A stretch of DNA of 64,000 nt from Candidatus Omnitrophota bacterium (lineage in GTDB: Bacteria > Omnitrophota > Gorgyraeia > Zapsychrales > Zapsychraceae): contig JADFYJ010000010.1 in NCBI GenBank assembly GCA_015233115.1, positions 5,083 to 69,082 of the forward strand, in the 5' to 3' direction. Of this stretch, positions 1-9,157 are shown piece after piece (positions within the stretch are counted from its first letter, which is position 1; the number at the start of each line of letters is the position of its first letter). The notes beneath the pieces were generated by a model, which saw nothing but the letters and a program-made list of their open reading frames with translations, did no database searches and had not been told where the DNA came from. The position numbers and the translations under genes are program-made.

Positions 1-593
1 ACCAACTCTACCAGAGTCACCATCATAATACTATAAAAAACCATCCATCCTTGTCCATGAGGGGTTTTCCACGAATTCAATTTAAAATACGCGGTACTTA
101 ATAAAGCTAAAATTCCCGCGACAACCACAAATAATTCCGGGCGGAGTCCAATAAAAGCAATCTGTAAAGGAATGAGCAGCAAAATCGCGTCAAAATCATC
201 AAACACCGCCAACACTTGAGCTTTTTGAAACACCCAGGTTTTTTTCAAGCCCGCGGCCGCCAGCATCGCGAACAAAACTCCAGCAGACGTGGGCGCGGCA
301 AACACGCCGATCAACAGCGCGTGATTCCAATTCGTCTTAAAAACCATAGCAAAATATACCGCGCACAAAATCCACGGTAAAGCGGCAGCCAAAAAAGCGA
401 ATAAAAAATCAAACCCGTAATTCTTAAGCCGTTTTTTATCAATAATAAATTCCAGGCCGACGCCAATCATGATATAGGCCAGACAAATCTTGGTTATCAA
501 ATCTAGCCCGGGTTTAATGGAAGACAAATTCACGGCCTGAGAACAAACCATACCGGAGATAAGGAGGATGCTATATAAAATGACTAAAAACAT
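1..593 (-). CDS. Cation:proton (Na+/H+) antiporter family protein, partial (runs off the window start)
   Basis: Not in the ORF track. Manual translation from ATG at 593 gives MFLVILYSILLISGMVCSQ...AAPTSAGVLFAML...LAVFDDFD: hydrophobic, with CPA-type PTS and FDD motifs. The start overlaps the stop of the upstream SEC-C gene. Confidence 0.7.
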   Translation of the reverse strand, partial: MFLVILYSILLISGMVCSQAVNLSSIKPGLDLITKICLAYIMIGVGLEFIIDKKRLKNYGFDFLFAFLAAALPWILCAVYFAMVFKTNWNHALLIGVFAAPTSAGVLFAMLAAAGLKKTWVFQKAQVLAVFDDFDAILLLIPLQIAFIGLRPELFVVVAGILALLSTAYFKLNSWKTPHGQGWMVFYSIMMVTLVEL

Positions 594-2068
594 TTTTTGT
601 CCGAATTTTGATGCGGGAGACCTAATTTTTTTCTCAATAAATCCATATCAAAATGCGTTTCATCGGGCATATTTTCGCCCATCTTCTCCATTCTGTTAAT
701 CAGCGCCTCTAACCTTAGCCGCCCTTCTTCAGTTTTAACAGTCTGCAAGGGGGTTTTATTATTCAAGGCCGGTATTTTAGTAACAATCCATTCTTTCAAA
801 TAATAATCTTCCAAATGTTGCCGGATAAATTTATTCAAAACAGGATCATCGTCAATTTTTTTCTGCTCTTCAGCAAATTTTTTTTCGTCTTCAGCGCTTA
901 ACGGCGGCAAGGAAGCCAAATCTTTTCCTTCCACCTTCTCATATTCAACACGTGACCCCAACCCTTTGCTGAGTTTGCTCTTTAGCCGCAGTGCCCTTTC
1001 TAACGAATTGGCTTGACCCACCAGATATTCCCCTTTAATCTCGATGGATCCCAAAATGGTATTCCCCGATAAAGTTTTATTTCCTTTTTTAAACCAAATC
1101 CACGTCTTATTTTGGGCGTCATAGTCAACGCATGGCAAATTATCTATTTTTTCTCTCAGGCCTTCTTTCTCACTAATTTTAAAATAAACTGAGCAGAAAA
1201 TAATTTTTTCTTTGTCTGTGGTGACCATATGTGGTTGACGAACTGATTCTTCTTTAAATCGTGCTTCATGTTCTCTATTTGGATTATTGCTGCGATATAG
1301 ATATTCCGCCCAGAACATACTCGCCGCTTTACTACCGTCCCGGATAGGATCAAAAGATAGTGACCTTGTTTTCATATACTCTTTGAAGCCATCTATATTC
1401 ATTTTAAGAATTTCTAAAAAATCTTTCTTAGCTTCTTTTGAAAATATATAAGGATCGCCAAAACACCATGCCTCATCCATAGTACCGACTAAACGGCAAA
1501 ACCATATGTCCGACTCATGCGCGTCTTTTTGATATGGTTCACCAGTTATTATCATTTTCCAAGTCTTCTTAGTAACCAATTCTTTAAAAATAATAAATTC
1601 TCGCTGAACTTCTTTAACTTCAAAACAGGTGGCATAACTATTGGTTAACCGCGATAACAAATAACGTTCATCAGAATTAAGACTTTTATAATGAATCGAT
1701 TCAGTAAACCGTTCCGCGATAGTTTTTTGATAAGTGCCAAAACGAAAATCCAGAAAAAACCAATTCATGCAAAAACTTTCATGCAGGCCGCCGGGTTGGC
1801 CGGGCCTAAAATCGCGTTCAATTTCCTCATAACAACCGGTCAAAACATCATGAAATTCTTCTTCCCGCATTATAAATGCTCCATACTTGGCAATCATGGC
1901 AAACAAATCAAGAAAGTCACCCAATTTTGTATCTGCCAATTCTTCGGGCACTAGCGTTTTTTCAATACAACATTTTTTGTATTTCTTCCCGCTGCCGCAA
2001 GGGCAAGCGTCGTTACGGCCAACTTTTTCATATAACATAAAAATGCCTTTCAAATTTTTTGCATTCAT
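584..2068 (-). CDS. SEC-C motif protein with C-terminal Xre/MbcA/ParS-like (DUF2384-like) segment
   Basis: KVGRNDACPCGSGKKYKKCC near the N-terminus; W..TKIPALNNKTPL near the C-terminus. Start moved to M28 (AGAGG upstream). Confidence 0.75.
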   Translation of the reverse strand: MNAKNLKGIFMLYEKVGRNDACPCGSGKKYKKCCIEKTLVPEELADTKLGDFLDLFAMIAKYGAFIMREEEFHDVLTGCYEEIERDFRPGQPGGLHESFCMNWFFLDFRFGTYQKTIAERFTESIHYKSLNSDERYLLSRLTNSYATCFEVKEVQREFIIFKELVTKKTWKMIITGEPYQKDAHESDIWFCRLVGTMDEAWCFGDPYIFSKEAKKDFLEILKMNIDGFKEYMKTRSLSFDPIRDGSKAASMFWAEYLYRSNNPNREHEARFKEESVRQPHMVTTDKEKIIFCSVYFKISEKEGLREKIDNLPCVDYDAQNKTWIWFKKGNKTLSGNTILGSIEIKGEYLVGQANSLERALRLKSKLSKGLGSRVEYEKVEGKDLASLPPLSAEDEKKFAEEQKKIDDDPVLNKFIRQHLEDYYLKEWIVTKIPALNNKTPLQTVKTEEGRLRLEALINRMEKMGENMPDETHFDMDLLRKKLGLPHQNSDKKCF

Positions 2069-2175
2069 TGGGCATCCTCTTTTTTTTATCGTCAACAAAA
2101 TGATCACTTCTCGATGCAAGGAGCCAGAAATGACCAATAAAATACGCATTAAATTTTAAAAATAAAATTTCAAAG

Positions 2176-2204
2176 TTGACATTTAGTGACATATATGACA
2201 TATT
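2176..2204 (+). promoter_or_regulatory. Sigma70-type promoter (TTGACA-N17-CATATT with extended TG), facing the 3' end of the DUF3800 gene
   Basis: TTGACA at 2176-2181, 17-nt spacer, TGn then CATATT at 2199-2204; three TGACAT repeats overlap it. Confidence 0.5.
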
Positions 2205-2210
2205 CAAACT

Positions 2211-2243
2211 GCGGGACTGGGGCTTTCCTGGGCCCGTTTTTTA
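2211..2243 (+). ncRNA. Candidate short structured RNA convergent with DUF3800
   Basis: GC-rich GCGGGACTGGGGCTTTCCTGGGCCCG followed by a T run, just downstream of the promoter and abutting the DUF3800 stop. Confidence 0.35.
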
Positions 2244-2245
2244 TT

Positions 2246-2971
2246 TTACGGAAAAGTCTTCAAACCATAACCTAAGCACTTTCCCTCTTTTGCATGAATC
2301 TTGGTTCGCAATACTTCAAACGCGGCATTCTCTCTCTTTTGATCCATAGCCCATTTGCCAATAGGATACGCAACAAGATCAGCAATTTGCATTCCGGCTA
2401 TATTTTGAGATTTTTGATTGAAAGAAAGGTCCGCTAATTTAGCATGAACTTCTTCTTTACTAAACCGTTCGCTTCCCTCCCGAAACGATTCATACTCTTG
2501 TGCCAATTTACGGTCATTATGAGTTTCCCGAGACTCAATCCGTAGCATCATCTGTTCTTTCTGCCGCCCTAAATACATAATCGATCTTTCGAGAATAAAC
2601 CGAAAACACAAGTGATATGGATTATCCGGCTCTGCGTACTGATTCTTAAGGACAGTTTTATTAATTGCTGCAGCAATTATTGTAAAATCCAAATTCAATA
2701 ACATCTCATTTAAGTCGAGATAAAAAGCCTCTCTTTTTCTTTTATCAACCAACGAGGCAAAAGCATTCTTTTGTTTTCGAATGTCATACGACCTTAAAAT
2801 TATAGAATCCTTTGAGAAATGTTTTTGTTTCAGTTCTTGGACAGCAGGCTCAACTATTGCAGTATAATAATCAAAATTAAAAATACATCCCGCCAAAACA
2901 AACACAGGATAAGTAGCATCAATTTTTTCAAGACTATGATCACCTGATTCATCCAAAAACATTATTTTCAT
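2246..2971 (-). CDS. DUF3800 domain protein
   Basis: N-terminal FLDESGD and C-terminal GMQIADLVAYPI, typical of DUF3800. Confidence 0.85.
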   Translation of the reverse strand: MKIMFLDESGDHSLEKIDATYPVFVLAGCIFNFDYYTAIVEPAVQELKQKHFSKDSIILRSYDIRKQKNAFASLVDKRKREAFYLDLNEMLLNLDFTIIAAAINKTVLKNQYAEPDNPYHLCFRFILERSIMYLGRQKEQMMLRIESRETHNDRKLAQEYESFREGSERFSKEEVHAKLADLSFNQKSQNIAGMQIADLVAYPIGKWAMDQKRENAAFEVLRTKIHAKEGKCLGYGLKTFP

Positions 2972-3220
2972 TTTCTAATATCCTTATTTAACCTTAAAAC
3001 CAATTCTTTTGCTGATACTTTAAACCATTTTTTCTAAACCTATTGCAAATTCCGAGTTTAATGAAAATCAAATTGGTTTGTATTTTATACTTCTTCATAC
3101 AGGGAGTCAACGGGAATAACGGTTACAAACGGTTCTAAAAAAACTCACAAACCACATGACAGCACCCTAAAATTAATTATATAATTTAAATAATATAAAC
3201 GCGGTTAAAAGGTTGACCCC

Positions 3221-4777
3221 ATGAAAAATCTATCCCAACAACTTTTCAAAATTAAAGACCTTAACCTTATTTTAGCGGAAAGCCATGAGCCGCATAAAAA
3301 ACTTAAACGGGCTTTAACCGCGTTTGATTTAATTGTTTTCGGAGTCGGAGTGACTGTAGGCGCGGGAATTTTCGCGACTGTGGGTACTGCGGCGGCTGGT
3401 GATGCTCTCCGTTTGGGCGCTGGCCCGGCTCTTATCCTCTCGTTCGCGTTAACTGCCATTGCTTGCGCGTTTGCCGCTTTATGTTACGCGGAATTGGCGT
3501 CTTTGGTACCGATATCCGGCAGCGCGTATACTTATTCTTATGCCACATTCGGCGAACTGATTGCCTGGATTATTGGCTGGGACTTGATGCTGGAATACGG
3601 CGTCGGCAGTATCGCCGTTTCCTTAAGCTGGTCAGGATATTTCCAGGGATTCCTGCGAGGGATAGGGATCAATTTGCCGGCCTGGGCCACGATTGATTTT
3701 CGTTCCGCGATTTCCGGATTTGAAAAAGCGTCCAGTCAAATTTGCGCTACGACACCCTTGGAACAATTGAGCCCAGGTTTACAGCACGCCTGGAATGCTG
3801 TGCACAGCGCGCCGCATATTTTCGGCATACCTTTTGTTTGTAATTTACCTGCCAGCTTAGTCGTGCTTTTATTAACCATTGTTTTAGTTATAGGGATCAA
3901 AGAAAGCTCCCGGTTCAATGTCATCATTGTCGCAGTCAAACTCGCGGTCCTCGGATTTTTTATTTTTATTGGCGCGAAACACGTGAATCCGCAAAATTGG
4001 GTGCCGTTTGCTCCTAACGGATTCGCCGGGATTAAAGCAGCGGCGGCTATTGCTTTTTTTGCTTACATCGGCTTTGACGTGGTTTCAACGGCCGCAGAAG
4101 AAACGATTAATCCTAAACGAGATGTTCCTATCGGGATTTTGGGATCGCTTTTGATTTGTACTTTAATTTACATGAGCGTCGCGGCCGTGTTCACCGGACT
4201 TATTCCTTTTCCGGCATTAAAAGCCGCTTTAACCGCGGAAAAAGCTGAACCTTTGGCTTACGCCATGCGTTACGCTCATCTGGGATGGGCCGCCGGCATT
4301 ATAGGCTTTGGTTCCATTGCCGCTCAGCTGGCTGTACTTCTAGTTTTACAGATGGGACAATCCCGGATCTTTTTTTCCATGGCCCGCGACGGACTTCTTC
4401 CCCAAAGTTTCGCGAAAGTCCATCCCCGTTTTAAAACACCATATGTCACGACGATCTTGACCGGAATCATTATTGCGTTGTTTGCCGCGTTTACTAACAT
4501 TGAAGAAATGGTTGACCTCACCAATATCGGAACATTGTTTGCCTTTGCGCTGGTGTGTTTTGGCGTGATTATTTTAAGAGTAAAAGAACCGCATCGTCAC
4601 CGCACCTTTAAAGTGCCGCTCAATCCGGTCATCCCTTTGTTAGGCGTAGCTTCCTGCGTTTTTTTAATGACCGCGCTTCCCGCGATTACCTGGATTAGAT
4701 TTATCGTGTGGCTGTTAATCGGGCTGGTAGTTTATTTTATGTATGGGATTAAACACAGTTTGTTGCATAAAAATTAA
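3221..4777 (+). CDS. APC-family amino acid permease
   Basis: GVTVGAGIF, CYAELAS..P.SGSAYTY, FFAYIGFD, MARDGLLP; multi-pass membrane protein. Confidence 0.93.
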   Translation: MKNLSQQLFKIKDLNLILAESHEPHKKLKRALTAFDLIVFGVGVTVGAGIFATVGTAAAGDALRLGAGPALILSFALTAIACAFAALCYAELASLVPISGSAYTYSYATFGELIAWIIGWDLMLEYGVGSIAVSLSWSGYFQGFLRGIGINLPAWATIDFRSAISGFEKASSQICATTPLEQLSPGLQHAWNAVHSAPHIFGIPFVCNLPASLVVLLLTIVLVIGIKESSRFNVIIVAVKLAVLGFFIFIGAKHVNPQNWVPFAPNGFAGIKAAAAIAFFAYIGFDVVSTAAEETINPKRDVPIGILGSLLICTLIYMSVAAVFTGLIPFPALKAALTAEKAEPLAYAMRYAHLGWAAGIIGFGSIAAQLAVLLVLQMGQSRIFFSMARDGLLPQSFAKVHPRFKTPYVTTILTGIIIALFAAFTNIEEMVDLTNIGTLFAFALVCFGVIILRVKEPHRHRTFKVPLNPVIPLLGVASCVFLMTALPAITWIRFIVWLLIGLVVYFMYGIKHSLLHKN

Positions 4778-6681
4778 TTATTTTCTTCCAACAGCTCCCA
4801 CCTCTGAAACGCGGCGAGCAGGTCGTCTTCGACTTGTTCTAACTCAGCTTTGATCTTCGCGATCTCAGCTGGTTCTTTTTTAAAAAAGGCTGGATCCGCC
4901 ATCAGCTCATAAAATTGTTCCCGCTTGGCTTCAAGCTCTTCAATTTTCGCTGGAAGGCTTTTCAATTCTTGTTCTTCTTTAAAAGACAATTTTTTTATAA
5001 TCTTAGGTTTTTCACAAAGAGACGGCTCATTCTTCTTTGGCGCAGGGGTTTCTTCTTCCTCGTTCTTCTTCGCTTGTTTCGCGCCTGCTTCACGCTGACT
5101 TAGCCAATCATCATATCCGCCGATGTATTCATTAATCACGCCGTTGCCTTCCATCACAATTGTGGAGGTTACCACATTATTCAAAAACGCACGGTCATGG
5201 CTGACCAATAAAAGCGTACCCGTATAATCAACCAATAATTCTTCCAAAAGTTCCAGCGTTTCAATATCCAAATCATTAGTCGGCTCATCCATGACCAGCA
5301 AATTCGAAGGTTGGGTAAATAAACGAGCCAGTAACAAACGATTGCGTTCTCCGCCAGATAAAACTTTGACCGGTGTTCGCGCGCGGTCTGGTGTGAATAA
5401 AAAATCCTGTAAATAGCCGATGATATGACGAGGCCGGCCATTGATAATGACCGTATCTCCATGACCACACACATTTTCAGCCACAGTTTTTTCGTCATCC
5501 AGCTCTTCCCGCAGTTGATCGTAATAAACGATTTCCAGATTCGTTCCCAACCGGACTGTCCCGCTTTGCGACGGAAGTTTGCCCAGCAATATCCGCAACA
5601 AGGTGGTCTTGCCGCAGCCGTTCGGGCCAATCACGCCGATTTTATCCCCACGCATAATCTGCGTTGAAAAATCCTTAATCAAAACTTTATCCCCAAAACT
5701 ATGATTAAGCCGGGTCGCCTTAAGAACCAAATGCCCTGACTTATCTGTTTCCTGCACCCGAAATCGTACTTGGCCGATCAATTGCCGCTGGGCTCTTCTT
5801 TCTTCGCGCATCACTTGCAATCTTTTTATACGGCCTTCATCGCGGCAACGGCGGGCCTTAACCCCTTGTCTTATCCAAATCTCTTCCTGCGCCAATTTTT
5901 TACCAAACTCTTCCCGCTGAGTCGATTCCACTTCTAACGCCATTTTTTTCCGTTCCAAAAACGTTTTATAATCGCAAGCCCAGGTAAACAATTTTCCACG
6001 GTCCAATTCAATAATCTTCGTCGTTAAATTCTGCATAAAATTCCGGTCATGCGTGACAAAAAAGATTGTACCCGGATACGTTTTTAAAAATCCTTCGAGC
6101 CAGTTAATCGAATCAATATCCAAATGATTGGTCGGCTCATCCAGAAGGAGAACATCGGGTTTAATAACCAAAGCCCTTGCCAAAAGCACCCGGCGTTTCT
6201 GTCCTCCTGACAAAAGTTCAAACTCGGCATCCGGATCCAGTTTCATTTTAGAAATAATGAAATCAACCTGATTACTAATTTCCCACCCGTCGGTATGATC
6301 CAGCGCGGATTGCAAACGGTCCAGCTCATCCATTAATTCCTGAGTATGTTCTGTTTGCAAACGATGACTGACATGATGATATTCGCTCAAATTTTTAGCC
6401 ACATGGCCCAAACCTGACAAAACAATATCAAATACCGTTCCTTTGATATCCGTCGGGACCTCCTGTGGAAGATGCGTGACCTGTATCCCTTTTTGAAAAA
6501 TAACCTGCCCTTCATCCACGCCCAGCTGGCCCGCCATAACTTTCATCAAAGTGGTTTTGCCTGTGCCATTGCGCCCCAAAAGCGCGATCCGCTCTCCTTG
6601 TTCCACCTGCAAACTAATACCGTCGAACAAACGGGGCCCGCCGAATGCTAAATTAATGTCCTGTAAACTAATTAAAGCCAT
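4774..6681 (-). CDS. uup: ABC-F family ATPase Uup
   Basis: Two ABC domains (GRNGTGKT/LSGGQ/LDEPTNHLD; GPNGCGKT/LSGGE/DEPTNDLD), EEIWIRQGVKARR linker, C-terminal coiled coil (KLSFKE...RWELLE). Confidence 0.9.
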   Translation of the reverse strand: MALISLQDINLAFGGPRLFDGISLQVEQGERIALLGRNGTGKTTLMKVMAGQLGVDEGQVIFQKGIQVTHLPQEVPTDIKGTVFDIVLSGLGHVAKNLSEYHHVSHRLQTEHTQELMDELDRLQSALDHTDGWEISNQVDFIISKMKLDPDAEFELLSGGQKRRVLLARALVIKPDVLLLDEPTNHLDIDSINWLEGFLKTYPGTIFFVTHDRNFMQNLTTKIIELDRGKLFTWACDYKTFLERKKMALEVESTQREEFGKKLAQEEIWIRQGVKARRCRDEGRIKRLQVMREERRAQRQLIGQVRFRVQETDKSGHLVLKATRLNHSFGDKVLIKDFSTQIMRGDKIGVIGPNGCGKTTLLRILLGKLPSQSGTVRLGTNLEIVYYDQLREELDDEKTVAENVCGHGDTVIINGRPRHIIGYLQDFLFTPDRARTPVKVLSGGERNRLLLARLFTQPSNLLVMDEPTNDLDIETLELLEELLVDYTGTLLLVSHDRAFLNNVVTSTIVMEGNGVINEYIGGYDDWLSQREAGAKQAKKNEEEETPAPKKNEPSLCEKPKIIKKLSFKEEQELKSLPAKIEELEAKREQFYELMADPAFFKKEPAEIAKIKAELEQVEDDLLAAFQRWELLEENN

Positions 6682-6771
6682 AGTTTAAAATTCTTTCTGG
6701 TAATTATTTATAAATAATGAGGGAAAGTGTATCATGGAGAGAAACGGCTGTCTATAGATATGACTTTGACG

Positions 6772-7575
6772 TTATCCAATTTGAAAACTTCTCATGGATA
6801 TTGATCCATTTTGTATGCCTTCATACATAAACTTTAACGACTCGCCTTTTTCCTGTAAACCTAATGCGTAGATCATGGGTAAATAATGATCCAGGGTCGG
6901 AATCGCTAAAGCGGCATTTTTTTCGTGGTTTAAAATATCTATCAAATACGCATGATCTTCATGGGACAATTTTTCCTTCATTTTTTCATCTAATTTTAAT
7001 GCCCAATCATAAACTGGGGTTTCGATGTCATATTCGATCTGACTCAGATTATGCACCATATTCCCGCTAGCCATAATCAAGACCCCTTGGGTTCTTAAAT
7101 CAACAAATCTCTGCGCCAACCCATAATGATAACGCAAGGGTTTAGGTTCCCACTGATTAAACAAATAATCCAGGCTTACTTCGAATACGGGAATATCCGC
7201 GGCAGGGAACATATATTTTAATACCGCGTAAGCCGCGTGATCCAAGCCGCGGACATGATCACACTCGATGAGATCGGCAGATGAGGCTTGAATCTGTCGC
7301 GCGAATTCTGAAGCTCCGGGGCAGGCATATTTAAAATTATATAGCTCTTTTGGAAAACCGGAAAAATCATAAATCATTTCCGGCTTATCTCCGCTCGCCA
7401 CGCGCGTCCCCTTGCTCAGCCAATGCGCGGAAATCACCATAATCGCTTTCGGCCGAGGCAATGCTTTGCCCCAGCGGATCAAACTCCTGGTGAAATCATT
7501 ATCCAAAATCATATTCATGGGCGAGCCATGACCGACAAATAAAACCGGCATCTTTTTTTTATCAGCTTTATTCAT
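6772..7575 (-). CDS. ygiD: 4,5-DOPA extradiol dioxygenase (LigB family)
   Basis: MPVLFVGHGSPM, ISAHW, RGLDH, SGNMVHNL, PTLDHYLP, GSISMRS. The ORF-track N-terminal extension is translated tandem repeat. Confidence 0.88.
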   Translation of the reverse strand: MNKADKKKMPVLFVGHGSPMNMILDNDFTRSLIRWGKALPRPKAIMVISAHWLSKGTRVASGDKPEMIYDFSGFPKELYNFKYACPGASEFARQIQASSADLIECDHVRGLDHAAYAVLKYMFPAADIPVFEVSLDYLFNQWEPKPLRYHYGLAQRFVDLRTQGVLIMASGNMVHNLSQIEYDIETPVYDWALKLDEKMKEKLSHEDHAYLIDILNHEKNAALAIPTLDHYLPMIYALGLQEKGESLKFMYEGIQNGSISMRSFQIG

Positions 7576-7590
7576 ATACCCATCCATTAA

Positions 7591-7640
7591 GTAACAAAGT
7601 AACAGAGTGACAGAGTAACAGAGTGACAGAGTGACAGAGT
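7591..7640. repeat. Intergenic 8-bp tandem repeat (GTRACAGA x6)
   Basis: gtaacaaa gtaacaga gtgacaga gtaacaga gtgacaga gtgacaga gt. Confidence 0.9.
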
Positions 7641-7843
7641 GTCTGTAGGACGGCAGGTTAATCAATAGAACAAATCCGCATGTGCCATCCGCGCTCTAGT
7701 CTTTCGGCAACAGTTCATGCCATATCCAGGCGGCTTGAAAGCATGTTGTCGCTAAGCAAAGAAATACAATATTTGTTAAAGAAATTTTTTCGTTAAAATC
7801 CATATACATCTCCTAACATATATAACCCTGAATCCCTCGTGGT

Positions 7844-9034
7844 TTAGGGTTCAACCACAATTTTTCCCCGCATATCTTCATGCCCTTCGCCGCAAAATAT
7901 ATCGCAAAAAAACTCAAAAGTGCCAATTTTTTGAGGTGTTATATGCACAGCAGCAGCCTTCCCAGGCCTAATTTCCGCGTGAATACCCAACTCAGGGCAA
8001 TTAAAACCATGAACCACATCTTTGGTCGTTAATTCCAAAGATACAGGAACACCTTTTTTTAACACGATTTTATTGGGATTATATTCAAATTTCTTGGCTG
8101 TAATTTGAATCACCTTCTCTGGCGAATCCACATCAGCCATTGCCATTTTCATGACTCCTTCCACAGAATATTCCATAATGACAAATTCCCCGGAAGCTTT
8201 AACCGTTATACTACGAAAACCTAAACCGTTATATGGTGATGCCGGATCCCACGACACTGGCGCTTTTTTCTCCACAGAACCGGGCGCGGGCAAAGGATAC
8301 ATTAATCCCTTGGCCGCATGAAACGTGATATCCCCTTCTGTATGTTCATTAAGCTGATGAATATGGCCATAAAATACTTGCACATTTTTAAACGGCTTAA
8401 GCATCTCTAAAGCCTTTGCCCCGTCTTTGGTCCACCAGTCCCATTGAGGATACAAATCAAAAAGAGGCCGGTGCGTTAAAACCACAATCCTGGCATCTGG
8501 AGGAAGTTTAGCCACTTCCATCTTCATCCACTGTAACTGCTCATCTCCTAAAGTAGACTTTGGGTCTGAAACATTATCGAGCGCGATAAAATATATTCCT
8601 TTATGCTCAAACACATAATGAGTTTCCCCAAAAACCTCTTTATACGCCTGTCCGTTATCCAATGCTGCGTCATGCTCTCCGGGTAAAAATTTTAAATCTT
8701 TAATTTGCAGGCCGCTCACGATATCCCGGAATCCCATAAGCCGCTTACGCCGTTCTTTGGCATCGCTGGTGGTGTGAGTCAAATCTCCGGTAAAAACAAT
8801 AAAATCCGGCTGCGGATTCATGGCATTGACAGCGGTAATCGCTTTTTTCAAAGTGAGGGAAGCATCCGGGTTAATTTTTGGATCATTAAATCCCCAATGA
8901 GTGTCGGAAAGCTGAACAAATGTGAAATCTTCCATTTTTGTCACGGTGTCTGCCGCATGAACAAAATGGCAAAAAAATAATCCATATGCTAAAACTAAAA
9001 AACCTAAAATTTTTCTAAAACGAATCCCTATCAT
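7844..9034 (-). CDS. Secreted calcineurin-like metallophosphoesterase fused to a C-terminal CuA-type cupredoxin
   Basis: Signal peptide; DTH, FTGD, GEHD, H, GHIH phosphoesterase motifs; C-terminal DVVHGF...CDIFCGEGHEDM CuA motif. Confidence 0.85.
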   Translation of the reverse strand: MIGIRFRKILGFLVLAYGLFFCHFVHAADTVTKMEDFTFVQLSDTHWGFNDPKINPDASLTLKKAITAVNAMNPQPDFIVFTGDLTHTTSDAKERRKRLMGFRDIVSGLQIKDLKFLPGEHDAALDNGQAYKEVFGETHYVFEHKGIYFIALDNVSDPKSTLGDEQLQWMKMEVAKLPPDARIVVLTHRPLFDLYPQWDWWTKDGAKALEMLKPFKNVQVFYGHIHQLNEHTEGDITFHAAKGLMYPLPAPGSVEKKAPVSWDPASPYNGLGFRSITVKASGEFVIMEYSVEGVMKMAMADVDSPEKVIQITAKKFEYNPNKIVLKKGVPVSLELTTKDVVHGFNCPELGIHAEIRPGKAAAVHITPQKIGTFEFFCDIFCGEGHEDMRGKIVVEP

Positions 9035-9130
9035 TTTTTCCTCCTTTTTCTTTCTTGCTATAGTCTAAAAGAAAGAACGATTTTGTAAATTCTCAGAATC
9101 CGCTTTTTATTGACTTTTTTCTACTAAATA

Positions 9131-9153
9131 TGGACCACCGACGCGGTGGTCCA
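9131..9153. terminator. Perfect 10-bp hairpin downstream of yihY
   Basis: TGGACCACCG-ACG-CGGTGGTCCA. Confidence 0.55.
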
Positions 9154-9157
9154 AAGG

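Noticed and set aside
7576-7665. N-terminal extension of YgiD (SVTLSLCYSVTLLLCY)
   Set aside because: It is the translated octamer repeat; family similarity starts at MPVLFVGHG.
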